From contig CATNEN010000038.1 in assembly GCA_950097015.1 (NCBI GenBank), forward strand, positions 23,312,001-23,376,000: a stretch of 64,000 nucleotides of DNA, in the 5' to 3' direction. Both the position numbers and the translations under genes were made by a program. Positions within the stretch are counted from its first letter, which is position 1. Each line of letters begins with the position of its first letter. Below the pieces are notes generated by a model. That model was given only the letters and a program-made list of their open reading frames with translations, had not been told where the DNA came from and searched no databases. This DNA comes from Macrostomum hystrix (taxonomy: Eukaryota; Animalia; Platyhelminthes). Positions 50,093 to 62,500 of this stretch are shown in pieces.

Positions 50093-50685
50093 TTTTAGCA
50101 TAGGCCTAACTATCATTTAGATACTATTTCAGTTTCAGAATTGGCTTAACAGGCTATTTGCCTGCGCCAAAATATTACCTATACTACTCATACATTATGA
50201 ATCAATTGTTGCATGAGGAACAAAACATCAACATAGGCCTAGTCATAGATAGCTTTGCATACAATTTACTATCGAACGACTACCAATTACTACAGTTTCG
50301 CTTCTCTTCTATAACTATAGGTAGTCACTTTTGGGATGACAAGTGTTTAATTAAATCAATTTTTATGTGTACTTTGCTAGCCTTCTTAAACTTTTCACAG
50401 TTTTGCAACAGTTTTGGCCATAGACATTGAAATTGCTGCTCTGGTCTGGTGGCAAATTGAAATTGCTGCTCTGGTCTGGTGGCAACTTCTCAGTCAATGT
50501 ACTTTCAGAATATACTATATTTGGATGCTTATGGCTTTGGGTTTCTGCACAACAACCAAAGTGACATTACATGACAATTGACAGATGACACACCCGAAGT
50601 AGATTACTTGTAATAGGCCTAATGACAATGCCACACTTTAAATGAAATTCTATAGGTCAAGTGCTCTTCTTTTACTTATATAGAT

Positions 50686-50967
50686 AATACATATGCAACC
50701 TACAAAATCTTAGCCGGCCGTGCGACTCAGTTTTTGCTCTATTTATGACTTAGTTTGCTCTCATTTGCGATTGCGACTTATTTTGCTCTCATTTGCTCTC
50801 TTTTTCTCTCCCCATTTTCCTTTTCTTCACACCTTCCTTTTTTGTCCCTTGGTCCCCCTTTGATTTTTTTGCGCTTGGTCAATTGGTTTTGTGACTTACC
50901 TGGCTTGGCGACTTACTCGTTTCACCAGGCAGGTTCGGCTGGGTCGGCTGGGTGTTGCGCATGTATG
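50686..50967. mobile_element. Degenerate MITE; its right end recurs at about 60300-60402
   Basis: Ends AATACATATGCAAC / GTTGCGCATGTATG. TTTTTTGCGCTTGGTCAATTGGTTTT...GGGTGTTGC(G/A)CATGTATG is shared with 60311-60402. Confidence 0.6.
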
Positions 50968-52212
50968 AGCTAATATAAACTTTATTTAAAATAAACAAAT
51001 ATTAAAAAAATTATTTTAACAAAGTACAACTGTAGACTAAATAAAACAAAAAAAATTAATCTCAAACATATTTTTAAATCTCAAAAACTGAGATCAAGAT
51101 AGTAAAAAGTGTGAGATCTTGAAGATATTGTCCAACCCCTAAAGTGGTCGGTGGTCCTAGCTTTTTTACTCAAAGTATGTTATAGCCAGGCATAGCCTAG
51201 TTATATAATAGCTATTCTGGCTAGTTTAGCCACCAATATCTAGAGGTATAAAAGTGCTTTGACCAGATTTAGTCTTTAAATAATGGAAAGAATCTGTTGT
51301 TTTGTTATAAAATTTGTTATAACAAATTTTGTTATTTTTGCTATGAAATTTGAAATAATCATAAATAAGAAACTTAAAACATTAAAAAAAATTTCAGGCT
51401 GCCAAAAGCAGTATTTTCATAACCCTTAATAAAAATGAAATAATTTAGCAGCTAAGGGAAAATCTACAAATTAGAACAGCAACAAGTTCATTATTGTATT
51501 ATTTATAAATAAAGGAGCCTTCAATAGAGCACCTGATTCTAGCCAGTTCTTTTGATGTTTAAAACAAACTCGTAGATGTCTTATTCTCTATCAAGTAATT
51601 TGATTCAAGAATAACAAGGTGTGCTTTTAATTGGTATAAAACAATCTATATATATAAAAGTGAAAACTCTGTCTGTGTGTGTGTGTGTCTGTCTGTGTGT
51701 GTGCAACCTTTTGTCTTTATAGACGCCGAAACCGCTCAACCAAATCGCACCAAACTTTGCACATACCTAAAACCACCTACGCTGAGTGCAATAGGCTACT
51801 CAAATTCCCGAAAAATCATTTCCTTCCTGCTCAAAAGTGCAAAAAACTGCTCAAAAATCGTCAAAAAATCACTCAATTCGACATATCGTCGCCCCACTTT
51901 GTCAGATTTTCTCCAAATTTGATCCACTTACACTTTACATGTTTTCCAACAATGCTGTCAATTTTGAACATCTCTACTCAATCCAGAACAAAGCTGCATC
52001 ATCTCAAAGTGAGTCACTTTTTGTTTTCCGAGGACAGCCACCCCAACTCCCCTCCGCCACTCTGCGGGCCAAATTTTATTACAGCCACCCCCTCCCTTCC
52101 CCGGGCGCCGAAGCCCCAGACTGTACATTGTATTTTAAGACGTGAATGTACACAGCCCAAACCCCTAGACTGTCTACTGGCCCCCAAGCAGCACTGAGAC
52201 TGAGTGCGGTGA

Positions 52213-53262
52213 GTGCGGTGGCGTCCCAGTGCGCAGGGCTCTCCGGTCTATATTTCTCTCCAGCCAGCCTGGGATAGAAGAAAGAGAGAGGCTGGCGATC
52301 AACTGATGGGTGGTGTCACTCTGCTGCTGTCTGGAGACTTTAGACAGACGCTGCCTGTGATTCCGCGTGGCACTCCTGCTGATGAGATTAATGCTTGCCT
52401 AAAATCATCTCACCTGTGGCCATCGGTTGTGAAGTTGCACCTACGAACAAACATGAGAGCTACAATTCAAGGAGACGAAACAGCTCATGAGTTCTCTGCC
52501 AATCTATTGCGAATCGGCAATGGTCTGCTGGAGATTAGCACCGAGGATGGGCAGTCATCGATCGCTACAATCGGAACCATTGTGCAGTCAGTGCAGGAGC
52601 TCAAGGCAAAAGTTTACCCGAACCTGATGGTTCGATATGCTGACGTTGACTGGCTGTCAGAGAGGGCAATTCTGTGTCCTAGAAATGATGCCGCCAACGA
52701 AATTAACTACCAACTGCTTCAGGAGTTGCCAGGTGCAGTTTTCACCTACAAGTCAATTGATACAACGTTGACTGATGACACCGCTGTGGAGTATCCTGTT
52801 GAGTTTCTGAACTCTCTAGATCCTCCTGGAACTCCATCGCACAACTTGCAGCTGAAAGTTGGGGCACCAATTATGCTCCTCCGCAACCTGAATGCGCCAA
52901 GGCTGTGTAACGGCACCAGACTGATAGTCAGGCGGCTCTTCCCACACGTGATTGAGGCCACGATAATGACTGGATCTGGCAGAGGAGAGTCTGTGTTCGT
53001 TCCCCGGATTCCAATTATCCCCACGGACCTGCCATTTCAGTTCAAGCGACTGCAGTTCCCTGTGAGAGTGTGCTTTGCGATGACTATTAACAAGGCTCAG
53101 GGACAGTCGCTGAAGGTGGCTGGCATCAACCTGGAGACTCCTTGCTTCTCGCATGGGCAGCTTTATGTCGCCTGCTGCCGTGTTGGAACTCCAGCTGGCC
53201 TATTCATTTTCGCACCAAGGGGAATAACGATGAATGTGGTGTATCCCCAGGCCTTGAGGTGA
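52213..53262 (+). CDS. Helitron PIF1-family helicase, C-terminal half (truncated)
   Basis: GGVTLLLSGDFRQTLPV, LRTNMR, RAILCPRN, LKVGAPIMLLRNL, LCNGTRL, RLQFPVRVCFAMTINKAQGQSL, FSHGQLYVACCRV. Lacks the Walker A/B motifs and the Rep domain. Confidence 0.9.
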   Translation: MRWRPSAQGSPVYISLQPAWDRRKREAGDQLMGGVTLLLSGDFRQTLPVIPRGTPADEINACLKSSHLWPSVVKLHLRTNMRATIQGDETAHEFSANLLRIGNGLLEISTEDGQSSIATIGTIVQSVQELKAKVYPNLMVRYADVDWLSERAILCPRNDAANEINYQLLQELPGAVFTYKSIDTTLTDDTAVEYPVEFLNSLDPPGTPSHNLQLKVGAPIMLLRNLNAPRLCNGTRLIVRRLFPHVIEATIMTGSGRGESVFVPRIPIIPTDLPFQFKRLQFPVRVCFAMTINKAQGQSLKVAGINLETPCFSHGQLYVACCRVGTPAGLFIFAPRGITMNVVYPQALR

Positions 53263-53414
53263 CTCGCAAGCAATTAATAGAAAAGTAGTCACGAAATGAC
53301 CTTGACCTGTCTAACTCTGAACTCTGAAACAGTTTAATTTTGTTTCTTTGACATTGTTATTGTTATGCCATGGCTATTTTCCTTATGTATACGCGTGTAC
53401 ATGCATACTGTATA

Positions 53415-53687
53415 CAGAGGCAGATTTAGGGGGGGGCGGGGGGGCAGTCGCCCCCCTAAATTTTAATCATGGGAATAAGATGCCCCCACCAGGGGCGCCA
53501 GTCGCAGCACTGGCGCCCCTTTTCGGCCGCTGGCGCCCCTTTTTCAGCCGCTGGCTCCCGTTTTTCAGCCGCTGGCGCCCTTTCTTGGCTCCTGGCGCCC
53601 TTTTTCGGCTGCTGGCACCCCCTCTGTGATTCTCATGGCGCTCCCCTGACAGACCGCCCCAAAACAAAATTCCTGGATCTGCCACTG
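53415..53687. mobile_element. hAT-type MITE nested in the Helitron
   Basis: TIRs CAGAGGCAGATTTAGG / CCTGGATCTGCCACTG. Exact 8-bp TSD ACTGTATA at 53407-53414 and 53688-53695. Internal GCTGGCGCCCTTTTT repeats. Confidence 0.9.
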
Positions 53688-54889
53688 ACTGTATAGAGGA
53701 GTGGCTAAGAGACATGTTTCTAAAGAAGTAATCAAGAGGGGGCTGTTTGGACAAACTTTTCACTTATTTTTTACTTAAAACGCCCTTAAACAAACTCTTC
53801 ACTTTTCATTAATGCAGTAAATGAATAAATGGTGACCTTCACTATAAAGTTAATACAGAGACGTGAATTGCTTACTGCTTTGCTTTAAATTTCTGCTCCA
53901 AAAACAACGGGCAAAAAAAGCTAGTCAGGCATATAGGCAACTTTAATGTAATTGAGACTGCCAAATTTGTGACAAATTAACTATTATGATATTTAGTAGT
54001 GGAGAGCAGGTTATTAAAAAATGACTAATGACAAAGTTGATTAGATTTTTATTACTTCTATAGGACACTTTAACAAGAATGTAGTATAAAAATAAATAAT
54101 GTGTAACAGGTGCTGCAAGTGGTAGTTTTTTCCCAAAAGTTTTAAATCTAATAATTTTTATGTAATAAATGTTTGTATAAAAGTTACTAGTGTAACAAGA
54201 AAAATATATTTTACCATAAAAATTATCATAGTAAAAATATCAAGAAAAATCTAGCCAAATACAAAATATAGACTTTTAAAGTACAAACCAATTATCACTT
54301 AGTTAAGACCAAGTGACATTGTGACACCTGTTTAATGTATACTAGAAGTTTGCTTTCCTCTTAGATTAACTTTATTTTGTGCAGCTGGTTACTCTAAAAT
54401 AAAATGGTAAACTAAAATTTTATTAAATGTGTTTTTTGTATATTTTAGTCATTTTTCTGTTTAGCTTGTATCCTCTGCATGATGCATGCCACTACTTGTA
54501 TCTTAATGTTTTTAATACTTGAAAGGCTTTTAAACAGTCTCTCTGTGTTCAAGCCAGCTAGACAATATATTTAATAAATTATTTAGATACTAAAATTTAA
54601 TCTGAACTAGATTAGGGCTACAGTTCTTCAGTATTATTAATAATGTTGATAAATTATCAAAGCTTGTGTGGAATGAGCTAAACAGAAAAATGACTAAAAT
54701 ATACATATATGTTGCATCATTAAGTGCAATGGTTCTGAAAACCAACAAGTCAGAATAGTGTTTAATAATTCCAGATTTTTAGCTAATTTTGCTGCAATGT
54801 TGATACATGTATAAAAATAATTGTTGTCTTCTATCACTGCCGTCAGTTGCAGTTAAAACAAAAACACTTCTAAAGGATTTATAAACATC

Positions 54890-57042
54890 ATGAGCAGCCA
54901 TCAACATCTAGCTGGCAAGCGATTTCTTGCAGACTTAGCTGAAGCTTTGCCCGATGCACAGCTGCCACCAGCAGCGCCACCAGCAGCCGCCGCTGGTCGG
55001 CCAATACTGGGTGGCGCAAAAGTCGACCTGCCCGACACTGCCGCCCATTCGTGGAATGTGGATGTGCCAGATTTCGTTCCATTTTTGCCAGGATCTAACC
55101 CACCGCGTCAACAGCTGCAGAGACAGCAGCAGCAGTCGATGATGCCATCAGCTGTGACTCATCAGCAACAGCACAGTGGTGGCAGCGGTGGGATTGGACA
55201 ACCGTCAGTCAGGCCAGGCAGCGATTCCGTTTTCCATTTAGTGAACCAGTCGTTGGCTATTTTAGCTGGCGCCAGTGGCAGCAGCGGGGCTGGCGATGAG
55301 GATCGGGATCGAATTGACGCTGAATTGAATGCCTGTCTGATGCGGCTTTACCAGCTGTCACTGACCCGTGAAGACCTAACTCGGCTGGCATCTTCAACTA
55401 TAACTATGGCTAAACAAAATCGATCCCTGTGCGAGCCGGCTGCTAATTTATTGGCTTTTTTGTCTGTTAACTTCGTGGTTACTCAGCAGGTAAATTAGTT
55501 TGAAAAGCAGGCCAGAATTGAATTAGAGCCAGTATAACAACGACACAACAAACTCGTGTCTTGCGTTGCTTGGTCGAAGACAGATGCTTAAGCATCATGT
55601 AATAACTGCTTCTGATTTTGTCACCAGCTTTGCTGATGCCCATATGTAATCTGGTTGTGTTTTTTGTTACGCTTCTTAATTTTACACTCGTTTGTTCAGG
55701 TCTGTTCCCACCTAATCAGTGATCGGCCCGGCAGTCGGCTAGCATTCAATCCATTGTACGAAGCGGTACTCGTTGTCTGTTCTAGCGAGAATGAGCAGAT
55801 TAAAAAAGACATTGCCACAATGCGCGCTGTTAACTCCGAGCAGGCTAATTACATCATGCTATTCTCCTGGCTCTACATGTACCTACCCAGCCTGCTGACG
55901 CCAACACAGCGGCAGAGCGCGATGGCTCAGAATACTCTGCTATTTCTGAAGCAGCTAGCCAATCTGCCGGCCAGTCCGTTGGCCTTTCGCACAATTCACG
56001 CCGCCCTAACAGCCATTGGCGCGCCGTTGGATTTCGATTGCTGCGATCCGGACTGGGCCGAGCGAAACGATCTGTTTGGCCAACTTGGGGAACTGTACGA
56101 TCAGCTGCGCACCGCGGCCGCTTCTGGCAGCATTGGAGATCCCGCGGTGAGAACTTTTGAGAACAAGGGGCTTGTGGCCTAGTGGTTTGGTTATTGCTTC
56201 GGAAAAATCGCCAGTTTAAGGTCAGGGGTTCGATTCCTATCTTTACCAGAACGTATTGTGTCCTTTAGCAAGACACTTCACTCTGCATTCCTTCAGTTCA
56301 CCCAGCTGAAAAATGGATGCAAGCATTGTCTGGGGTAATTAAGAATAGGTGTGGAGCAAGTAGTAGCTAGGAGTAGATAGACGGTAAACTACGTTTCTTA
56401 GAAAAATAATATAAGGCTCATTTTACCAGAAAAAAAGTTACACTTCGATTACTGAAAAAAAGTTTTTATGAACAAGTGATGGGTTGACAGACTAGGCCAG
56501 GGTGTTTTGTGGTCGAGCTGCGCCTAATATCTAGGCTTGATCAGGGAAATTGGAGAAATTCGCGTCACGGTGTCCATAGTAGCCTTTTTCCACCAGTTGT
56601 AGCCCTTCAAGGTCCAGCAGTTTTGTCTGCTTCCAAGAAACGACAACTGATTTTACAGATATTTTATTGGCCGCGACTGTGCTGTCGGCTGCAGATGTGG
56701 CACGATTGGGGCAGGTGGAATCAAGAACTCTAATTAATTTTTATCAGTAATTAATGATCATTATTCTTTAGAAAATTAACATCTAAAAGCGATAAAAATG
56801 TCCAGGTGTCTGTGGACATTATACGCCTATTGGAGTTTCGCGCGGCCGGTTGGATGTCGCGTTTCGAGGTAGCCACTGGTGGCGGCGGCAACTACCCGCT
56901 AGGTGCTGTTGGTGGATTCCCTGACCAGCATCAGCAGTTCCAGCAGCAGCCATTCTCGTCTGTTAGCGGTGATATGCAATCAATGTCGGACGATATGTAC
57001 GCCGATTATGAGCAGTTTCTACGCGAATCAGGCCAGCTGTGA
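54890..57042 (+). CDS. PAIP1: Poly(A)-binding protein-interacting protein 1-like (PAM2 + MIF4G-like + acidic C-terminus)
   Basis: Exons 54890-55489, 55700-56146, 56806-57042, all phase 0. PAM2-like SWNVDVPDFVP, helical MIF4G-like region ending IIRLLEFRAAGW, C-terminal MSDDMYADYEQFLRES. Confidence 0.72.
56166..56355 (+). mobile_element. SINE family B in PAIP1-like intron 2
   Basis: A box GTGGCCTAGTGG, B box GGTTCGATTCC, conserved central TGTGTCCTTTAGCAAGACACTT...CAGTTCACCCAGCTG. Confidence 0.78.
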
Positions 57043-58096
57043 CACTGACTGGCCAATAAGTGCGAGGTTCCACATTTCGATGTATGTAAACGGGTTGCTG
57101 GTACATAAAAGTTTTTCAGCTGAGATTTCTTTAATCTTTGGGGCAGAAAAACATGTATTAGTCAGGAAGTCCATTTAAAATTTTTAATTCACCCAAATTT
57201 TGCTGAACTATGATCCCTCCCAGAGATTTCTATATAAACAAGCAAAATGATTAGAACGGGACAATATTATTTACAGTAGTATGTGCAGTGCTTGCGTATT
57301 TGTGTTTTCCATTTTTGTTGTGCTGCGCGTGTATAAAAATACCGATTTTCCTAAGTTTATTTGCCCAACTGACTTGTCCCCGCTTCCTCATTTCTTGCAT
57401 TGTCTCATTCTCGATCGCTTCTCGTTAAAGCTATTTTCCCAATTCGTTATTTTTTAATCCGTTAGATTGTCGTTTTAAACTAGCTAGCACATCACTTTTC
57501 TGATTATGTCGAGTAACAGTGTGCGCATGTTGTGGTTCTTGATGACAGGAAGATAATTTCAATGTGCGCTTGTCATTGCTTGTCATGTGTACATTTCATG
57601 TATGGTTTATATACTTACACATTATGTACTTATTAATGATGTGAGTGTTTAAATCCGTATAAAGGTTTGTGGTGTGCAATACTAAATAACTGAAAGGGGT
57701 ACAACTTGGGACGAATTAAATATCGTGTACAAGTTCTGCATTCGATGCTGTCATTAAGCAATAAGTTTCAATTACCTTTTAGACAAGAAAGTGTTAAATA
57801 TAAAATAAACAGCGATGTGAACTTTATCCTTTTTGCTCTTGTCGAGCCTACCCATTTAATACTTTGATCGCACTGTTACTTTCTCATACCTATTGAATTG
57901 TCTGTTTTCATTTACAATGACAAATTCATCATTTTTAGAGAGTAGAAGGATTCGATATTATAAAAAATAAATGAGCCTATTTTAAAGTTATATAAAAGCA
58001 AAAAGTGCATAATGTGCATGATATTCACCTTCAAAGTGTAAGACTCATAACAGCAACAACAAAAGACGCTAGCCCCAAAAGTCAGGTAGGCAGCGT

Positions 58097-58960
58097 CAGA
58101 TGGCGCGCCGCAGAGCCAGCGCGCGAACATGGACCGCGCCGGTGGCAGTGTCGGGCGCCCCGGCGTCGCTCAGCAAGCATTCGACGTAGCGGCCTGGCCG
58201 CGCCTGAACGGGCCCTGCAGGGTGAGCAGCAGGACGTCCTGGGCGGGCTGGCGGCAGTAGCTCTCGGCCCGAATAACGCGTTCCACGTTGGGCACCAGAC
58301 CGCCGAGGTAAGTGAACCGCTGGCAGCGTGCGAGCGAGATGATCTGCCCGTCTGCGCCGCGGCACATCAGGTCCGCTGGAATGTCGGCCGGCACGGTGAG
58401 CACCTCGGTCTTAAGCGTGTTGATCACTAGGCCGACGCTTCATGCCACCTCAGCCAACCTGTCAATCTGGCGCTGGGCACTTTCGACAGTCGAGGACAGG
58501 AGGGCCAGGTCGTCGGCGTAGCCAAGCACGCTGAGGCGCTTCTCATCGTGGCGGCGACCCATGCGTCTGCGCAGCAGGAAGCCGTTAACAGCTGAGGGGA
58601 GCGCAGTCCGAAGCACCCAGTCCAGGAGAAGCACGAAGAGGAACGGGGCCAGCGTGTCGCCCTGCAACACTCCTGACGAGGTGGCAAACAGGTCGGACAA
58701 GCCGTCCGCCGCAACAACAGCAGCGCGCGTGTCACGATGGGGACACCGGGGACGACTGGCATCTTGAATCACCGCGAAGTAGCCCACGCCATTTGCGCTC
58801 ACGCCGCCGCTGAGTGCGTCTGTGTGCGCTGCGCTGTCCTCTGCTCGTCCCTGCATGATGTGCCGATCTTGGCTGCCGCAGCCGAGGCGCGGCCGTCCGA
58901 GCCAACTGTGGTCATCCGCGGCCTGATTGGCGGACCACGATTCCAGGAGGTTCTGACACT
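58097..58960 (-). mobile_element. RTE-clade LINE reverse transcriptase relic
   Basis: SSGVLQGDTLAPFLFVLLLDWVL...GYADDLALL...*SVGLVINTLKTEV...FTYLG, with an in-frame stop and internal deletions. Confidence 0.9.
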
Positions 58961-59501
58961 ATTTGCATAGATGTGCAAATATAATGGGTCTGCAAATGAT
59001 GGCTCGCAAATATTATGGCTCATTAAATAGCAATATGCCCTGGAACGTTCTCGTCATCTCGTCATAACCGCCATACGCCGCCAAAAACGCAATGTCTGTG
59101 GCTACATAAAAATATTAATTCGAGACTCTGCACTAGTGTCAGTAAATAAAATATAAAGTAATGATACCTTTTGTTTTAATGCATCGTTCTTAAGTTCGAA
59201 TTTTTTAGTTTCCGTTTGCTTTCTGGGAAACAAATGTTGTTAAAAAACTTAAGTTATTACAATTTTTGCTAGTTTTTAGCTAATTGCTACCTATCAGAGC
59301 TCTGCTATTTATGCCGTCTACAGTAGCACCACTAATAGATAATTACTATCAGATTAGGCTATTGATATATATATATATATATTTTTTTTATTTAAGTCAT
59401 TTCGCTAGCAATTTTTCGTAACTTGTATCACTGAAAATCTCAATCTACGCTGGAGTCACATACTAAGCAAAGCATGCGGTTCAGCATGTATATTATTACA
59501 T

Positions 59502-62500
59502 ATGAGTTGCTTGAACAGAAAAATAACTAAAAAGATAAGATATGATATAGAAACCTTCTCAAGCATGCAGGTAAGAGGGTATTCTTTTCAAATAGTTTGT
59601 TAAACAGTTTTTCTGAAAAATTTTATTTCAAATCAATGGAAAAACATTGGGAAATCATTTTAAAACAATGGCAAACAATTAAATAATTATAAACTATGAT
59701 ATGATGAGCATCATATTTTGTCTCCAAATTCTGCAGGATTGCTTGTCAAAACTTAGCTAGGATAATAGTAAGGGAGTTTGGATCCACAGTAAATAACAGT
59801 GCTGCTGTGTGGCCTACTGGCATAGTGTTAATAGCCTTTAAGTGTGTGTTAGATAATGGTAGAAAATTAGTAGAGTGTGTTAGCAAAACACAGAAGATGT
59901 GCTAATAATTCCCCTCCGACTAACCAGCTCATCCCTTTTGGCCATAGACACTCCTAAGTGTGTCAACCATTTTGCTTTTTTCTCCCCCACATTCAAAATT
60001 TGCCACAGAAAAGTTCTGTACCCAGAAGCAGCCCTAGTTTGTTAAATACAAAAAAGCAACCTTAATAATCAAAATTCCAAGTTTTCATATTCATTTGAAA
60101 TGAAACTTTTCAGAAAAATAGTTTAATGAACAATTAAAAAAGAATGCTTGTAAGAGGTATAGAGGAAAACTTTGATCCTAGGTTATTCATTATTTATTCA
60201 TTATTTATTCATTAATATGTATTAATTCATCATAGGCATAAAACAAATGCGAACTAAACAAATTTCCTCGAGTTTGTTTGTTTCAAACTTTGCCAGTCTG
60301 CTATGTGTTTGATTTTTTGCGCTTGGTCAATTGGTTTTTGCGACTCACCTTGCTTGGCACTTGTTTCACCCGGCCGGGTTGGTCGGGTGTTGCACATGTA
60401 TGAACTCTTATTAAATATAAGTTAAAAATATTATAAAATTTTTGTGAAACTGAAATATAAACTGAAATTAGTGTCACATGCTTATATAAATGTACGTCTA
60501 TCAATATTTAACTAGTGTATAGGCCTATAGCAAACCCAAAAATATTTAGTTTATTAGTATGTCAATAAGTTTAGTTTTAACTTTTAAAATAGTTTTTTAA
60601 ATATTTTACAACAAATTACACATGCTTACATTGGACTAGTCACTAGATTCATAGCCAACAGCAGAACTGCAGATCTATTGCAAAATATATCTGAAGTGAT
60701 GTGAACTCTTTTGACTGATGGGACAGGAACCCACCCAACTCAAATACCTTGGGTAATACTTTTACCCATTTAACAGATAGGTAAACTGGTATTAAAGAAC
60801 ACAAAAGCTATGTGTCTTACTAAACATTTTCGGTGGAGTTAAGAATCATGCCCCTGAACTTCAAGTGATGGCTCCAATGCTCTAACCACTAGACTATAAA
60901 CAAATCACATTTGGTACATATTCAAAGATACTAAAGTAGTAGATGGTTCACTCAAAACTTTTTGAAGAAACTGGTCGGTAGCACAAAAATAAAAAACTTT
61001 ACTTTTTAATTTGATTAGTGGGCTCTATAGACAGTTAAATTTTTTGTTGTTATTACTTGTGGACTTTATTTCAAATGAAAATTAAACAAGTGAAGGTAAA
61101 AGAAAATATTAAGAAACAAATTTAAGTTCAAATTATTTTTTCCTCAATTTTAGCATTTGTTAATAATTAGTTTTTGTTCTTAGTAACAAAACATTTTTTC
61201 CATGCACCAGATGTTCAAACAATATTTCTTTTGCAATGCCCATTAGAAAAGCAGGATATAAAATGGGGAGCCACAGAATGCAGGGCCCCGACGAAGGAGC
61301 TGTACTCTGGTCTGTCATTGAAATTGTTGTGCCCGGGGATGATGCAGAAAAGTTTCTGAAGATAATTGTGTGACGCTAGTTTTTGATAATTATGCTGCGT
61401 ATTTGCATCGAGAAAACAGTCACGTTGCTAATAATGATGTAAATATAATGCGATTTCTGAACTTACCTCAACATGATCTTGAGTGAATCGGCAAGTACAC
61501 ACGTATTCACTGCAGCGGTCATGAATGATTACAGTGCAGGGCTGCTTTGTAGCAGAAGAGAGAGGAGCCACCCTTCTTTGAAGATCATCGTAGACTAAGC
61601 AGCGCGCCCATTCAGAGGGAGAAAGCGCCAGCTCAGCACGATGTCTTCCGCCTTTGTCAGACAGTCGAACTGCGCCGATAGGGTATCGCGATGGATCGGT
61701 TGTTGCCTTTGCGTAGAGATGCACTGAGTTCTGCAAGTCGAATAAATCATTCAGACGCTTGAAAAACTCAGCTGTCTGCAACGCATCCTCTGTTTCTCGC
61801 TGTGATGGAACAAGGTTCTGATGATCTAGATTGGCTCGCTAGTTACAGGGTGACGAAAAAGGGGCTGCAGTGTCTACCCGTCTTAAAAGATAAGCCCACT
61901 GAGTGGACTCTTGATCCGCAACCAGTGCAATGACCAGTGCAAAACAAGCATCAATAGCCCCCCTTGACCAAGAGTCCGAAAGACCGGAAAGTTTGCAATC
62001 GGTTGCTTCCAGTCCTGAGAGACGCCTCGGAGCACAGCGACGATTGTCTCGTTTTAAGGCCTGGGCAACTACTCCTTGCTGTCACTAGCGGTCCGTGGTT
62101 CGAAGCGGACCACCATGTCACGAAGCATATTAACAGGGTTTAATGCGTGAGAATGTCGATCCACTGCCAAGATTGGCCATTAACAAAATGCTTAAAAGCA
62201 GCAAAGTTTCGCGAACGTGAGACGATGAGCCAGCCATATTTTTTAATCCCTTCTTTTTACAGCCTTCACGTAGTAACCAACAGCAACAGCAACAGCAGCA
62301 ACAGGCTGCCAAGCGCTCCAGGAGAGACGATGAAAACAACATTGGCAAATTGAAGGCTGAACGCAGCATTAATTATTCGTCATATTCCTCAGAGGACGAC
62401 GCCAATGATTTAGAAGTCAAGCGTGGCCATTGGAAACTGGAGACTGCGTCTCCGTCTCCGACGACGTCGCTGCCGCAGCCACCGCCGCTGCTTCGCCAAT

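Larger units (their letters stand above)
51645..53924 (+). mobile_element. Non-autonomous Helitron carrying a PIF1 helicase C-terminal fragment
   Basis: 5' A|TCTATATATATAAAA followed by a (TG/CTGT)n microsatellite. 3' ...ACGGGCAAAAAAAGCTAG|T. Inserted at an AT dinucleotide with no TSD. Confidence 0.85.

Noticed and set aside
52213-53262. Host PIF1 gene
   Set aside because: Truncated, intronless, Helitron-type motifs, and enclosed by Helitron termini.
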